63,992 nt of DNA, filler included, from Acidimicrobiia bacterium (GCA_046759765.1; 11 parts of 11 records of this genome joined end to end with filler, not necessarily neighbours in it), one strand, 5' to 3'. Positions 29,944 to 40,749 are shown, numbered from the whole stretch's first letter. Translations and numbers: made by a program. Notes: generated by a model not told the origin, from the sequence alone.

Positions 29944-31320
29944 TCAGGCTGAGATGGCTTGTCCGAGCAGTGCCTGGGCAAAGTAAACGACGAAAGCCAA
30001 CGCCACTACCCACATGAGCACATGTATCTGGCGCGCCTTACCCTTGACCACCTTGATCAGGACATGGGTGACGAAGCCGGCACCGATGCCAACTGTGATG
30101 CTGAAAGTCAGTGGCATGAGGACGATCGTGAGCAGCGCCGGTAATCCCTCCTCCACGTCCCTGAAGTCGATGTCCCTCATTTGGGCAGCCAGCAGGAAAC
30201 CAACCAGGATCAGCACCGGCGCCGTTGCCGCGAACGGAATTATGGCGGCCAGCGGGGAGACGAAGATTCCAATCAGGAAAAGGACTCCGACGACCACCGC
30301 GGTCAGGCCGCTTCTTCCTCCTTCCGCCACCCCGGCGGCGCTCTCGATGTAACTGGTGTTCGAGCTGACTCCGACGGCGCCCCCCGCGGCGGCGCCGAGC
30401 GAGTCCACAAACAGAAGCCTTCCCACACCGGGGATGCGTCCCTTTTCGTCTGTCAACCCAGCTTGCTCCACTATGCCCGTCGCGGTTCCCATGGTGTCGA
30501 AGAAGTCGGTCAGCAGGAAGCTGAAGATCGTCAACAGCGCTGCCAATCCACCCAAGATGCTGAAGACGTTCCCCAGGTCAAACCCGGGCAACCCTGCAAA
30601 TGTGGGTGTCACTGCCACGTTGTCGGGGATAGTCGTCACCCCCATGATGAGGCCGATCGCGGCGGTGAGCAGGATGCTGATCACCAGGGCGCCGGGCACT
30701 TTTCGTGTATAGAGCACGATCGTGATCAAAAGCCCAATCAGCGTCAGCGCCGCAAACGACGTGTTGGGGAAGACGAACTCGACCGGTACCGGACCCTCGC
30801 CCTCCGGCTGACGAATCAGGCCGCCGTTGACGAAGCCGATGAACAGGATGAAGAGCCCGATCCCGACAGCAATAGCCCGCTTCAGGCTCAACGGCACTGC
30901 CTGCATCACCGCCTCGCGCAGGCCCACCACGACCAGTACGGTGACGATCACGCCCTCCCAGACGATCACGCCCATCGCTCCGGCGGGTGTCAATCCGTCA
31001 CCGAGCACCAACCCGAAGGCCACTGCCCCGTTGAGACCCAGCCCCGCCGCCAACGCCAATGGATAATTGGCTACCACGCCCATGGCGATGCTCAGCGCGC
31101 CTGCCACCAGCGCGGTGCCCGCGGCGACCGAGGCCGGGTCGAGACCGGCGGCCGCAAGGATGCTCGGATTGACGAAGATGATGTAGGCCATCACCAGGAA
31201 CGTGGTGACCCCGGCTCGGATCTCCGTTCCTACCGAAGTTCCTCGCTCGCTGAGCTTAAAGAAAGAGTCGAGACCAGTTTGGGCTCGCCCCGGTTCTGCG
31301 CGTTCCACCGTTTCCGCCAT
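29944..31320 (-). CDS. NCS2/AzgA-family purine permease
   Basis: EIRAGVTTFLVMAYIIFVNP, DFFDTMGT, YIESAAGVAEGGRSGL. Confidence 0.92.
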   Translation of the reverse strand: MAETVERAEPGRAQTGLDSFFKLSERGTSVGTEIRAGVTTFLVMAYIIFVNPSILAAAGLDPASVAAGTALVAGALSIAMGVVANYPLALAAGLGLNGAVAFGLVLGDGLTPAGAMGVIVWEGVIVTVLVVVGLREAVMQAVPLSLKRAIAVGIGLFILFIGFVNGGLIRQPEGEGPVPVEFVFPNTSFAALTLIGLLITIVLYTRKVPGALVISILLTAAIGLIMGVTTIPDNVAVTPTFAGLPGFDLGNVFSILGGLAALLTIFSFLLTDFFDTMGTATGIVEQAGLTDEKGRIPGVGRLLFVDSLGAAAGGAVGVSSNTSYIESAAGVAEGGRSGLTAVVVGVLFLIGIFVSPLAAIIPFAATAPVLILVGFLLAAQMRDIDFRDVEEGLPALLTIVLMPLTFSITVGIGAGFVTHVLIKVVKGKARQIHVLMWVVALAFVVYFAQALLGQAISA

Positions 31321-31684
31321 GACACCTCCCACTGCCCGCGCCTTGACGAGATGCCAGGGTAACGGTGCGCCGCTAAGCGCGTCGGATGGGTCCGATAGGC
31401 AAACTTCGCGGTCTCACGGAGCCAGGTGGTGGCCTCGGATCTGGATGGGGGCGTCCTGGGTTGTTCGACAGAGAGTGTTGGCTTTACCACTTTCCGTGAC
31501 GGCCGGAGACCGTTAGCCTGATAGCGGGCGAATGCGGGCTTTGAGGATCCTTGGCTGGACCATGGTCTGGAGCGGCACCCTTATNNNNNNNNNNNNNNNN
31601 NNNNNNNNNNNNNNNNNNNNNNNNNNNNTTAATTAATTAANNNNNNNNNNNNNNNNNNNNNNNNNNNNNNNNNNNNNNNNNNNN

Positions 31685-32360
31685 AGCCAAGCGGAATCTC
31701 GATCCCGTAGTAATAGCCGCGTGATCGGTACTCGTTGTTCGAGGTCCCACCCGAGCCGCAGTTGTTGTCATTGAAGGAAAGCACGCACCGGGTGGCAAAC
31801 GGGTCGCCGTGCTCCTTCTTGGTATAGGGACCCTGGATCGCCGCCCAGAACTCGTCCCCTCCCGGGAGGTAGCCGAGCCCGAACGAGTTGTCAGGGCTCC
31901 CTAGCTGCAGAGGAAGCACGTATTCAGCAACCGATTCGCGGGCGATCGTCACGTTGTCCATGCCGAAGACCCGCAGGAAGAAGGTGCCGACGTTGTCAAC
32001 CACTCGGACGTGAAGCTGATGAGGTTCGCCGGTAACCGCCGTGACGGTCACACCGCTCGGGTATCCGTTGTCGCCCGCTATGTCCCACGCGGTCTGTTCC
32101 GCCACAGTGAAGAAGCTGGGCATGTGTATGACGCCGGCGAGAGCGGCTGCATCGGCGGTTCGCTGGATCCGGAGCGAGTTCACATACAGCCAGCCCAGGT
32201 CGACACCAAAAGCTGCTACTCCAAGGAGAAAGAACATGGCGCCGGCGATCAGAGGAAGGGCAGCTCCGCGGTCATCCGCAAGGCGAGGGCGCTCAGTCGA
32301 TGTTTCGTGAGGTTGGTCTGGCGCCCTGGCGAGTAGGGCGGGCCAGCGGTCCGTCATCAC
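31685..32360 (-). CDS. TadG-like Flp pilus assembly protein (3' truncated)
   Basis: DDRGAALPL prepilin-like motif, VDLG, QRTADAAALAG. Confidence 0.85.
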
Positions 32361-32914
32361 GGCCCAAAGACCTGGGGCTCTAGGCGCATGATTGCGTCAT
32401 CCGTCCAGACCTCACTTCCGACCCACTGACCGAACTGAGTGATCCAGTTGTGCCGGAAAGTAACCCGAACTCCCATGATGTCCAGGTTCCCGGTCTGGAC
32501 GTTGCGGTTCACGGATGGCCAGTTGTTCGAGACCGAGTACCAGCCGCCGTTGCACTGCAGCAGCGCCGGCGGATCCGAAGGATTGGCCGGCCGATAGATG
32601 TTGCGCTGACCGGTGGGGTTGCCGTTGGAGTCAGCCTTGAAAATCCAGAGCTCCTGGATGTTGCCAACGGGCACCGAAACAAGCGCGCCGCCGGCCGCCT
32701 CGAGGATGAGGCAGTCGGCATTGATGTCGTTACCCGCCGCCGAGCCGACACGTATGCCCTCTCGGGTGGCGGTGGTGATTGAAAGCCAGTCCCGGAAGGC
32801 GACTCCGAACTCCGCCATACCCACCAGGACCAATACCAATAGCGGCAACGCGAGCGCCATCTCGATGAGCGCCGCGCCCCGTTCTTCGTCGCCGGATTGC
32901 CTCAGCTTCCGCAC
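32357..32914 (-). CDS. TadE-family pseudopilin
   Basis: ERGAALIEMALALPLL...AEFG...ATREGIR. Confidence 0.9.
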   Translation of the reverse strand: MRKLRQSGDEERGAALIEMALALPLLVLVLVGMAEFGVAFRDWLSITTATREGIRVGSAAGNDINADCLILEAAGGALVSVPVGNIQELWIFKADSNGNPTGQRNIYRPANPSDPPALLQCNGGWYSVSNNWPSVNRNVQTGNLDIMGVRVTFRHNWITQFGQWVGSEVWTDDAIMRLEPQVFGP

Positions 32915-33078
32915 TCCTCTAACCCCTCACCGCCCCCCTACCGCGGTCTGCAGCTACTTAGAGTGAGAATCTACCCACTCAGAGCGCGAGATCCGAGGCC
33001 TATAACCCCGGTGAGCGCGGTGACTAGTTACTTATGGTGGAGCGAGGTAGGGAAAGGGGAAAGGGCGAGCGGGGGTGT

Positions 33079-33675
33079 CTAGCGAATGATACCGACGACT
33101 AGGCCGACCACCATCAGCGTGAGTCCCGCAATCAGAACGCGCTGGGGGGGCCACTGCGTCGGTAGGCGGGCCGCCACGGTGGGCTCCATAATCGCGGTGA
33201 TGCCAAGCAGGACCCCCACCGTTCCCACCAACGCGAGCAGCGTCATAAGAAGGGTGGGAAGGAAGACGAACGTAAGAAGCAGCACAAGCCCACCGCCGAC
33301 CACGATTCGAGTCTTGAACGGGACGTCCGAAAGGTTGAACCTCGGCTCCCGCTTCACCTTCTCCGGTTTAGGGGCCGGCGCCTCGCCCTTCTTGCGGTCC
33401 CTTTTGCTGCGACGGGCTTTCTGCTTGGGCGCAGCCAGGCCCACCGCCTCGGTCAGGCGGTCGGCGTAGTTGGTGGTGAAGACCACTGCCTGGTCTTCCA
33501 CCTCGATCCGAATATCGTCGCCCTCCCGCGTGAAGGAGAGGTCCTCGACACTCCATGCGCCGAGTTCCTGCCCGCTGGCGGCCAGGATCAGACGGTCCTC
33601 GTCAAGGGTGAGGAGCGATTGGAGTCGTGCGTCCGGATCGTTCTCCAAACGCATTGTCCCTTGAAAAACAGGCAT
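33079..33675 (-). CDS. Hypothetical membrane protein
   Basis: GGAGG RBS, soluble N-terminal domain, 3 C-terminal TM segments. Confidence 0.65.
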   Translation of the reverse strand: MPVFQGTMRLENDPDARLQSLLTLDEDRLILAASGQELGAWSVEDLSFTREGDDIRIEVEDQAVVFTTNYADRLTEAVGLAAPKQKARRSKRDRKKGEAPAPKPEKVKREPRFNLSDVPFKTRIVVGGGLVLLLTFVFLPTLLMTLLALVGTVGVLLGITAIMEPTVAARLPTQWPPQRVLIAGLTLMVVGLVVGIIR

Positions 33676-33897
33676 TTAGGCCTCCCTGGAGTCCCATGCC
33701 TTCCGCAGACACCCTACCGACAGGCGGCATCTTGTCCATAGGTAATTCGACTCACGCCCGAGATGACTAAACCGCTCATCCTGCCTCCTCCGACGGCAGC
33801 TACACAGACGTTTACGGCCCCGGTGCCAAACGTCGATCACGCCGAGCCCAGAGCGTCGGGTTAGTGCGTAAGTAACCTCGAGTGAAAGGAGCCCGAA

Positions 33898-34260
33898 ATG
33901 CGTTATGTCATGTTCACCTACGTCGATCCGGACCGAGCGGCCGAGTGGGAGGCGATGAGCGACGAACAGCAGAAGGCGTTCATAGCCGAGCACGAGAAGT
34001 GGTTCGCGGAGCTCGCCCCCCGTGGTGTGCTCGCCGGCGGCGAGGAGCTGTCTTGGCCACGCAAGGCCGCCACGATCGAGAACCGCCGGGGAGAACGAAT
34101 GATCACAGACGGCCCGTACGCGGAGACGAAAGACCTTCTGGGCGGTTTCATCGTCCTCGAGACCGATTCCTGGGACGAGGCACTCGGCATTGCGGGGACA
34201 TGGCCTTCTCTCCAAAACGAGGGCAACAAGGTGGAGCTGGTAGCCGGCTTGGAGCGATAA
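33898..34260 (+). CDS. YciI/DGPF family protein
   Basis: TDGPYAETKDLLGGF. Confidence 0.9.
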   Translation: MRYVMFTYVDPDRAAEWEAMSDEQQKAFIAEHEKWFAELAPRGVLAGGEELSWPRKAATIENRRGERMITDGPYAETKDLLGGFIVLETDSWDEALGIAGTWPSLQNEGNKVELVAGLER

Positions 34261-34337
34261 AGAGCCTGTCGAGAGGGCGCCTTCTCCAGCGTCGATATGG
34301 TAGGGCGGCGAGAGTCGCTGCCAGGAAGGATGCAGTT

Positions 34338-34688
34338 ATGAAGTACGCACTTCTGATCTACACGCAGGAGGCCAACGAGCCGCAGCCGGGAACGCCTGAA
34401 GCCGACCAGGTGTTCAAGGACTACTTCGAGTACACCAACCGAATCACCTCCCAGGGCATCAACGCGGGCGGCGAAGCCTTGATGCCGACTGCCACTGCCA
34501 CCACTGTCCGGGTCCGCGAAGACGAGGTCCTCACCACTGACGGGCCCTTTGCGGAGACGAAGGAGCAGCTGGGCGGCTTCTATCTGATCGAGGCCCAAGA
34601 TCTCGACACGGCGCTCGTGGCCGCGGCAGGTATTCCCGGCGCCAGGCACGGTTCGATCGAGGTGCGCCCGATCATCGAGTTCGAGTAG
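34338..34688 (+). CDS. YciI/DGPF family protein
   Basis: MKYALLIY...TDGPFAETKEQLGGFY...IEVRP. Confidence 0.92.
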   Translation: MKYALLIYTQEANEPQPGTPEADQVFKDYFEYTNRITSQGINAGGEALMPTATATTVRVREDEVLTTDGPFAETKEQLGGFYLIEAQDLDTALVAAAGIPGARHGSIEVRPIIEFE

Positions 34689-35930
34689 GTGTCAGAGGAC
34701 CGCGCCGACATCGAAGCGGTCGTCCGCAGCGAGTCGGCCGCGGTCCTTGCCAGCCTGGTCCATACCACCCGTGACTTCGACCTGGCCGAAGACGCGCTCC
34801 AGGATGCGTACGAAGCCGCGCTGAAGACATGGCCCAAGAAAGGCATGCCCGACCGGCCGGGCGCCTGGCTGACTACCACGGCTCGCCGCAAGGCAATCGA
34901 TCGCCTCCGCAGGGCTCAGCGCTCGGCGCGACGAGAGGCGGAGGCGGCGGAACTGGCTTCACTCCAGCAGGCCGTCGAGGCAGAGGAGCACGATACGTTT
35001 CCCGACGAGCGACTGCAGCTCATGTTCATGTGTTGCCACCCGGCCCTTTCCACCGAGGCCCAGGTGGCACTCACTCTGCGCTCCCTGGGGGGTCTCACGA
35101 CGCCGGAGATCGCGTCGGCCTTTCTGGTTCCGGAGCCGACAATGGCGCAGCGTCTCGTCCGAGCCAAGCGGAAAATACGAGCTGCCGGAATTCCTTTCCG
35201 AATGCCTCCCGACCACCAGCTTCCTGATCGCAAGCGAGCGGTGCTGGCGGTTGTGTATCTGATCTTCAACGAGGGCTACGAAGCTCATCGTGGCGCGGAT
35301 CTCACACGACCTGACCTGGCTGAGGAGGCCATTCGGCTGGGGAGAGTTCTGGCCTTGCTGATGCCGGACGACCCTGATGTTCTGGGGCTTCTCGGCCTGA
35401 TGCTGCTGCACGACTCCCGACGGCCAGCTCGCCTCGGTGAACATGGCGAGCTGATACTGCTCGAGGCCCAGGACCGCTCCCTGTGGGATCGGGAGATGAT
35501 CGCGGAGGGAACCGCGCTGGTTGAAGAAGCGCTGCGTCGAGATCCCGCCTCCCGCTATGCCCTAGAAGGAGCGATAGCAGCTCTCCACTGCCAGGCTGCT
35601 ACATCCGACGACACAGACTGGTCTCAGATCGCGCTGGTATATGGGCGTCTCGTAGAGCTAACCGGGTCGCCGGTAGTAGAGCTCAACAGAGCGGTGGCTG
35701 TTGCCATGGCCGATGGTCCTGCCGTCGGGTTGGCCCTACTGGATCCCCTCTCTGACACTCTCGACGCTTACCACGCCTATCACGCCGCCGTGGCCGATCT
35801 CCATCGGCGGGCAGGGCACCCGTCCGAGGCCTACCAGGCGTATCTGCGTGCGTTGGATCTGGTACCCAACGAGGTCGAGCGCGCTTACCTCGAGTCTCGA
35901 GCGGCCGAGGTCGGAGCGTCCTCCGACTGA
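34689..35930 (+). CDS. ECF sigma factor with C-terminal TPR extension (ECF42-like)
   Basis: [46 protein letters not shown]; next to DGPF genes. Confidence 0.9.
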   Translation: MSEDRADIEAVVRSESAAVLASLVHTTRDFDLAEDALQDAYEAALKTWPKKGMPDRPGAWLTTTARRKAIDRLRRAQRSARREAEAAELASLQQAVEAEEHDTFPDERLQLMFMCCHPALSTEAQVALTLRSLGGLTTPEIASAFLVPEPTMAQRLVRAKRKIRAAGIPFRMPPDHQLPDRKRAVLAVVYLIFNEGYEAHRGADLTRPDLAEEAIRLGRVLALLMPDDPDVLGLLGLMLLHDSRRPARLGEHGELILLEAQDRSLWDREMIAEGTALVEEALRRDPASRYALEGAIAALHCQAATSDDTDWSQIALVYGRLVELTGSPVVELNRAVAVAMADGPAVGLALLDPLSDTLDAYHAYHAAVADLHRRAGHPSEAYQAYLRALDLVPNEVERAYLESRAAEVGASSD

Positions 35931-35978
35931 TCGGTGTTTGCTCCTCACGGTGCGTGGTAAGGTCTTTAGGCAATACGC

Positions 35979-36064
35979 GCTCATCAAGAGCGGTGGAGGG
36001 ACAGGCCCTACGAAGCCGCGGCAACCTCTCGAAGGAGAAAGGTGCCAAAGCCTGATCGATGAGT
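35979..36064 (+). ncRNA. SAM-I (S-box) riboswitch
   Basis: CTCATCAAGAG-CGGTGGAGGGACAGGCCCTACGAAGCCGC-GGCAACC...GGTGCCAA...GATGAG; P1 CTCATC/GATGAG; directly upstream of metE. Confidence 0.92.
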
Positions 36065-36128
36065 AGCCGTCGAGCGGAGCTCCCGCTCGGGGCGCTCATC
36101 AGCGCGTCGAGACAGAGGGAGCAATGCC

Positions 36129-37686
36129 ATGGCGAAGCCAACTTTCCTGCCGCATCTCGTCGGATACCCGCGCATTGGCCCGAACCGTGAGCTCAAGCGA
36201 GCGCTCGAGGGTCGCTGGTCAAGGCGGATAACCGCGGACGAGTTTCAAACCACAGTTGCCGCGCTGCGCGCCGATCACCTTGCCGAGCAGAGGGACTTGG
36301 TGGGGGCGGCCACCGACGACTTCTTCTTGTACGACCAGACGCTCGAGACGACGCTGATGCTGGGGCTGGTTCCGGAATGGGCTCAGACCGAGGATGCGTT
36401 CGACACTCTCAGCGGCCTCGCTCGGGGTACCCCGGAGCACGAGGCCTGGGAAATGACAAAGTGGTTTGACACCAACTACCACTTCGTGGTTCCCGAGCTC
36501 GATCACGGACCGCCTCAGTTCGAGGTTCTTGCGTGGCGAGAACCGGTCGACGGTACGACTTGGGTCGTCCTGGGACCGTATTCGCTGGCCAAGCTGGCCC
36601 GGGTAAACGGAGCTCTTCACCTGACGGCGGCTCAGGCTGCTCAGGCGCTCTGGGAGTGGCTCACGAACCGCGGCGCCGGGTCACGCTTCGAGGTACAACT
36701 CGACGAGCCCTGTCTCGGGCTGACCGGCGACTTTGACCCGGCCCTTTTCCACTCCGCCTACCGGGACGTGCCTTCCGACCTCAACGCATTGGTCTCGGTT
36801 CAGTTCGGTCGGGCCACCCCAAAGGTCGCCCGCTGGCTGGCAGACCACGGACTGACCGTGCAGATTCCTGGCGACCATCTGGAGGATTACGAAGAGGCGA
36901 TACGGGGACGGGAGCGATCTCTCATCTCTGTCATGGACGGGCGGTCGGTGTGGCCCGACGATCCGGATGCCGTGGCCGAAGAGGTATTGAACAAGCCGGC
37001 TTTGGACGGCCAGACGGTCTTCCTCGCTCCTTCGACCTCGTTGATGTTTCTGCCCTACACAGTCGAGGGTGAGGAGCTACCGGCGGGGTTCCAGTTCGCC
37101 CGGGAGAAAGCAGCCAAGCTGCGCGCCTGGGCCGATGCCTTCGGGCGGGGCAAAAAGCCGTCCTTCACGCCGGTCCAAGTGCCGGAGTTCCCAACTCCGG
37201 GGGAGCAATACCACCGTGCCAACCGGCACGTCCGCCGAGAAGCTCAGTCCGACCTGAATCTTCCCAGGCTGCCGACGACCACCACCGGAAGCCTGCCGCA
37301 GACGGCGGCCGTGCGGAGACTCCGCGGCCGCTACCAGCGCGGCGAGCTCGACCAGGCGGGATATGAGGCCGAGATCGATGAGCTAATCAAACAGGCCATC
37401 GAGTGGCAGGAGAACATCGGTCTGGATGTCCTCGTCCACGGCGAGTTCGAGCGCAGCGACATGGTGGAATACTTCGCCGAGCATATGGATGGGTTTCTGC
37501 GAACCCGCCACGGCTGGGTGGTCTCTTACGGCAGCCGCTGCACCCGACCCCCCATCTTGGCAGCACCTCCGACCATCACCTTCCCGATGACCGTGCGGGC
37601 CTGGAAGGTCGCCCAGGAGGCGAGTTCCAAACCGGTGAAAGGCATGCTGACCGGACCGGTCACGATCGTGAACTGGAGCTATCGGC
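36129..37686 (+). CDS. metE: Cobalamin-independent methionine synthase (3' truncated)
   Basis: GYPRIGPNRELKRALE, EMTKWFDTNYHF, PTTTTGSLPQT, LDVLVHGEFERSDMVEYF, SYGSRC, KGMLTGPVT. Confidence 0.93.
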
Positions 37687-37786
37687 NNNNNNNNNNNNNN
37701 NNNNNNNNNNNNNNNNNNNNNNNNNNNNNNTTAATTAATTAANNNNNNNNNNNNNNNNNNNNNNNNNNNNNNNNNNNNNNNNNNNN

Positions 37787-37885
37787 GACCTCAATGTCGA
37801 TCCCGGCCAGATCCGGGAGATCGTCGGCAGCGGCGGCAGACAGCAGGGCCGCGCGGAGCGCGTCGACGATGGCCTGAGGAAACAA
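37787..37885 (-). CDS. argS: Probable N-terminus of arginyl-tRNA synthetase (runs off contig)
   Basis: MFPQAIVDALRAALLSAAAADDLPDLAGIDIEV; divergent from tRNA-Arg(CCG), the usual actinobacterial arrangement; only 33 codons visible. Confidence 0.45.
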
Positions 37886-37978
37886 TCCGCCTCACTCGAG
37901 TGGTCGGACGATGGTACCGAAAGGCGCCATCGTCGCCGGGAGGGCCGAAGACCCCCGCTGGTACACTGCTCCCTCCCT

Positions 37979-38053
37979 GCCCTCGTAGCTCAGGGGATAG
38001 AGCACCGGCCTCCGGAGCCGGGAGCGCAGGTTCGAATCCTGCCGAGGGCGCCA
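37979..38053 (+). tRNA. tRNA-Arg(CCG)
   Basis: Full cloverleaf GCCCTCG...CCGGC-CTCCGGA-GCCGG...GGTTCGAATCC...CGAGGGC-GCCA; TACACT -10 at 37962-37967. Confidence 0.97.
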
Positions 38054-38087
38054 TAGGGCCCGGGGAATTCCCTTAGAATTCGCGACC

Positions 38088-38873
38088 ATGAGACCTATAT
38101 GGAAGGGCGCCGTCAGCTTTGGCCTGGTCACGATCCCGGTTGCCCTGTACACCGCCACCGAGGACCGCAAGCCCAAATTCCGCCTGCTTAGGGGCTCTGA
38201 CCACACCCCCGTTCGCTACAAGCGGGTCAGCGAGGCGGACGGTGAGGAGGTGGCCTGGGAGGACATGGTCCGCGGCTACGAGTTCGAGAAAGGCCGGTAT
38301 GTGGTGTTCACGGATGACGAGCTGAGCGCCGCCAACGCCAAGGGGACGGCCAAGCTGGTCGACGTCGTGCAGTTCGTCGATGAGTCGGAGATAGACCCTC
38401 TCTACTACCGCAAGTCCTACTACCTGGCCCCGGAGAAGACCGGGGTCAAGGCCTACCGGATCCTGTCCGAGGCGCTCAAGGACAAGGGACGGGTCGGCAT
38501 CGCCCGGGTGGCGCTGCGCGAAAGACAGCACCTGGCCACCCTGCGGACCGCCGACGGGCTCCTGGTCCTCGAGACGATGCATTGGCCGGACGAGCTCCGG
38601 GAAGCCTCGTTTGAGGAGCTCGACGAGGAGATCGAGGTACGAGACGAGGAAGTCGAGATGGCCGAGATGATCATCGACAACCTCACCTCGCCTTTCGACG
38701 CAGACGAGTGGCACGACGAGACCCGAGAGAACATCGAGGAGCTGGCTCGCAAGAAGATCGACGGCGAGGAGATCGTGGCGCCGGAGATGCCTGAGCCGAC
38801 CAAGGTGGTCGACCTGCTCGAGGCTCTCAAGGCCTCCGTGGAAGCCACCAAGGCCAAGCGCGAGGCGAGCTAA
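38088..38873 (+). CDS. ku: Non-homologous end-joining protein Ku
   Basis: MRPIWKGAVSFGLVTIPVALY, VRGYE, YYLAP, TMHWPDELR, VVDLLEALKAS. Confidence 0.95.
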   Translation: MRPIWKGAVSFGLVTIPVALYTATEDRKPKFRLLRGSDHTPVRYKRVSEADGEEVAWEDMVRGYEFEKGRYVVFTDDELSAANAKGTAKLVDVVQFVDESEIDPLYYRKSYYLAPEKTGVKAYRILSEALKDKGRVGIARVALRERQHLATLRTADGLLVLETMHWPDELREASFEELDEEIEVRDEEVEMAEMIIDNLTSPFDADEWHDETRENIEELARKKIDGEEIVAPEMPEPTKVVDLLEALKASVEATKAKREAS

Positions 38874-38874
38874 C

Positions 38875-39237
38875 TCAGCTGGGCCGCGGTGGCGGCGGCG
38901 CCGGCGGACCCGCCCGAGGCCGAGGCGCCGGAGGCGCCTCCTCCCCCGTTAGCAGTCCGTAGAGCGAGTCGAGCGCGTTCGTAATCCGGGGATCGGGCAC
39001 CTCGTAGTAAGCCCTGGTCCCGCTTCGCCGCACCGTGACCATCCTCTTGGACCGCAACACGCCGAGATGGTGCGACACGCTGGGCTGGGTAGCACCGATC
39101 AGCTCAGCAAGGTCTCCGACCGAGTGTTCGCCCTCCCGTAGCGCGGCCAGCAGCCTCACCCGCTTGGGATCGGCCAGGCCACCGCAGATCGCAGCCAGCT
39201 CTTCGGCATGCGCAGAGCCAGCGAGAGTCCACGTCAT
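38875..39237 (-). CDS. ArsR/SmtB family transcriptional regulator
   Basis: LADPKRVRLL...SVGDLA...QPSVSHHLGVLR. Confidence 0.9.
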   Translation of the reverse strand: MTWTLAGSAHAEELAAICGGLADPKRVRLLAALREGEHSVGDLAELIGATQPSVSHHLGVLRSKRMVTVRRSGTRAYYEVPDPRITNALDSLYGLLTGEEAPPAPRPRAGPPAPPPPRPS

Positions 39238-39252
39238 TCCCTCAGTCTATAT

Positions 39253-40227
39253 CTACGTAGCTAGATGTTCCTGTTCCTCGTCCGGGCCCTCTGCCGCCCA
39301 GGTGACGTCTTCGAGCGGGTCCAGCGTGAAGCCCTTGAATGACGGCGCCCGCAGCCTCCCCGCTTTTGTCCACTGCTTGAACTCGACATCGGCGACGAGG
39401 CTCGGTGTCACCCAGGTCGCCTGGGGCGGAAGCTCCTCAGGAGCTAGAAATGGCGACGTGGCTGTCTCCAGCTGATCGAGCGTCTGGCGGATCGCTCGCA
39501 GCGAGGCGTTGTCGAAGCCGGTGCCCACCGATCCGATCCAGCGCAGCGTGTCTCCCACCCAGAGGCCAAGCAGGAGCGAGCTGAACGTCGTCGTCCGGCC
39601 CCCTTCGCCGGGGAGGAATCCGCCCACCACCGCCTTGACCCGCTGGACGGCGGCGACCTTGCGCCAATCCGAGGATCTCACGCCTGGCCGATAGGCCGAG
39701 CCGAGGCGCTTTCCGACCATGCCCTCCAGCCGGCGTTCCTTTACCGCGTCGAAAAGGGCTTCTCCGTCAGTCGCGACGCGGTCGGATCGGATCAGCGTTT
39801 CGGGCAGGTCCAGCGAGTCGAGCCGCTCGAGGCGAGTCTCCAATGGCTTTCTCGTCAAGTCCTCGTCGTCGAAGAGCAGGTCGAAAGCGACCATCGACAC
39901 CGAGACCGAGCGGGCGGCGTCGGCCACTCGACGCTCGCCGGTGAGGTTCATCCGGGACTGGAGCAGCTCGAAGGAGGGCCGACCTTCCGGATCGAAGGCC
40001 ACGATCTCGCCGTCGAGAATCGCAGGCCGCGCCAACCTGACCAAGCTGACCTCCGGATAGACCTCGGTCACATCCCGGCCTCGCCGACTGCGCAGCTCGA
40101 CCTCGGATCCATCCCAGAACAGCAGAACACGGACGCCGTCCCATTTGACCTCGAACCACCACTCGGGATCGGTGAAGGGACGCGGCCAGCGGGTGGCCAG
40201 CATTGGCTCGTAGCGAGGTAGCTTCAC
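39253..40227 (-). CDS. ligD: ATP-dependent DNA ligase (stand-alone LigD-type ligase domain)
   Basis: PMLA, EVKWDG (adenylation Lys), LDGEIV, FDLL, EGMVGK, GSVGTGF, LRAPSFKG. Confidence 0.85.
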   Translation of the reverse strand: MKLPRYEPMLATRWPRPFTDPEWWFEVKWDGVRVLLFWDGSEVELRSRRGRDVTEVYPEVSLVRLARPAILDGEIVAFDPEGRPSFELLQSRMNLTGERRVADAARSVSVSMVAFDLLFDDEDLTRKPLETRLERLDSLDLPETLIRSDRVATDGEALFDAVKERRLEGMVGKRLGSAYRPGVRSSDWRKVAAVQRVKAVVGGFLPGEGGRTTTFSSLLLGLWVGDTLRWIGSVGTGFDNASLRAIRQTLDQLETATSPFLAPEELPPQATWVTPSLVADVEFKQWTKAGRLRAPSFKGFTLDPLEDVTWAAEGPDEEQEHLAT

Positions 40228-40685
40228 TCGCCAGCCAGCTCCTCTCGCACCAAGCGATTCACGAGGCCGCCGTCCAGCTCTCCCGGATGTGCCTTCATGA
40301 GGTGCCCGATGACCCGTCCGGCCTGTTTCGGATCCTCGACTCCTAGCTCGGAGATGGCTCCGCGCACCAAGGCGCGGGTCTCTTCCTCATCTTGCATTTG
40401 GGGGAGCCAACGATCCAAGTAAGACACCTCGAAGGCGAGCTTCTCGGCCATCTCCGCGCCTGCTTCTCCGAGCGCCTCGTACTCCGCGCGGGCCTTGCTC
40501 ATCTTCTTGACATAAGAGGAGATGACCTCTTGGTAGAGATCGTCGTCAACTTCCCCGAAGAATCCCGGAGCCGAAGCACGGATAGACGCCTCGGTCCGGA
40601 CCTGGCGAATTACATCGAGCCGAGCCCGGTCCTTGGCCCGCATGGCGTCCTCGAGCTCGGCCTGGAGTTCATCGGCGATCGTCAC
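40224..40685 (-). CDS. GatB/YqeY domain protein
   Basis: AMRAKDRARLDVIR...YLDRWLP...GRVIGHLM...DGGLVNRLVREEL. Confidence 0.88.
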   Translation of the reverse strand: MTIADELQAELEDAMRAKDRARLDVIRQVRTEASIRASAPGFFGEVDDDLYQEVISSYVKKMSKARAEYEALGEAGAEMAEKLAFEVSYLDRWLPQMQDEEETRALVRGAISELGVEDPKQAGRVIGHLMKAHPGELDGGLVNRLVREELAGE

Positions 40686-40749
40686 GGCGCCTCCTCTGTC
40701 AGATCAGCGCATTCTCGTTCTATCAAAGCGAGAACGGGAAAAGAAACGC

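Noticed and set aside
31321..31584. Purine riboswitch upstream of the NCS2 permease
   Set aside because: No recognisable purine-aptamer consensus on the minus strand
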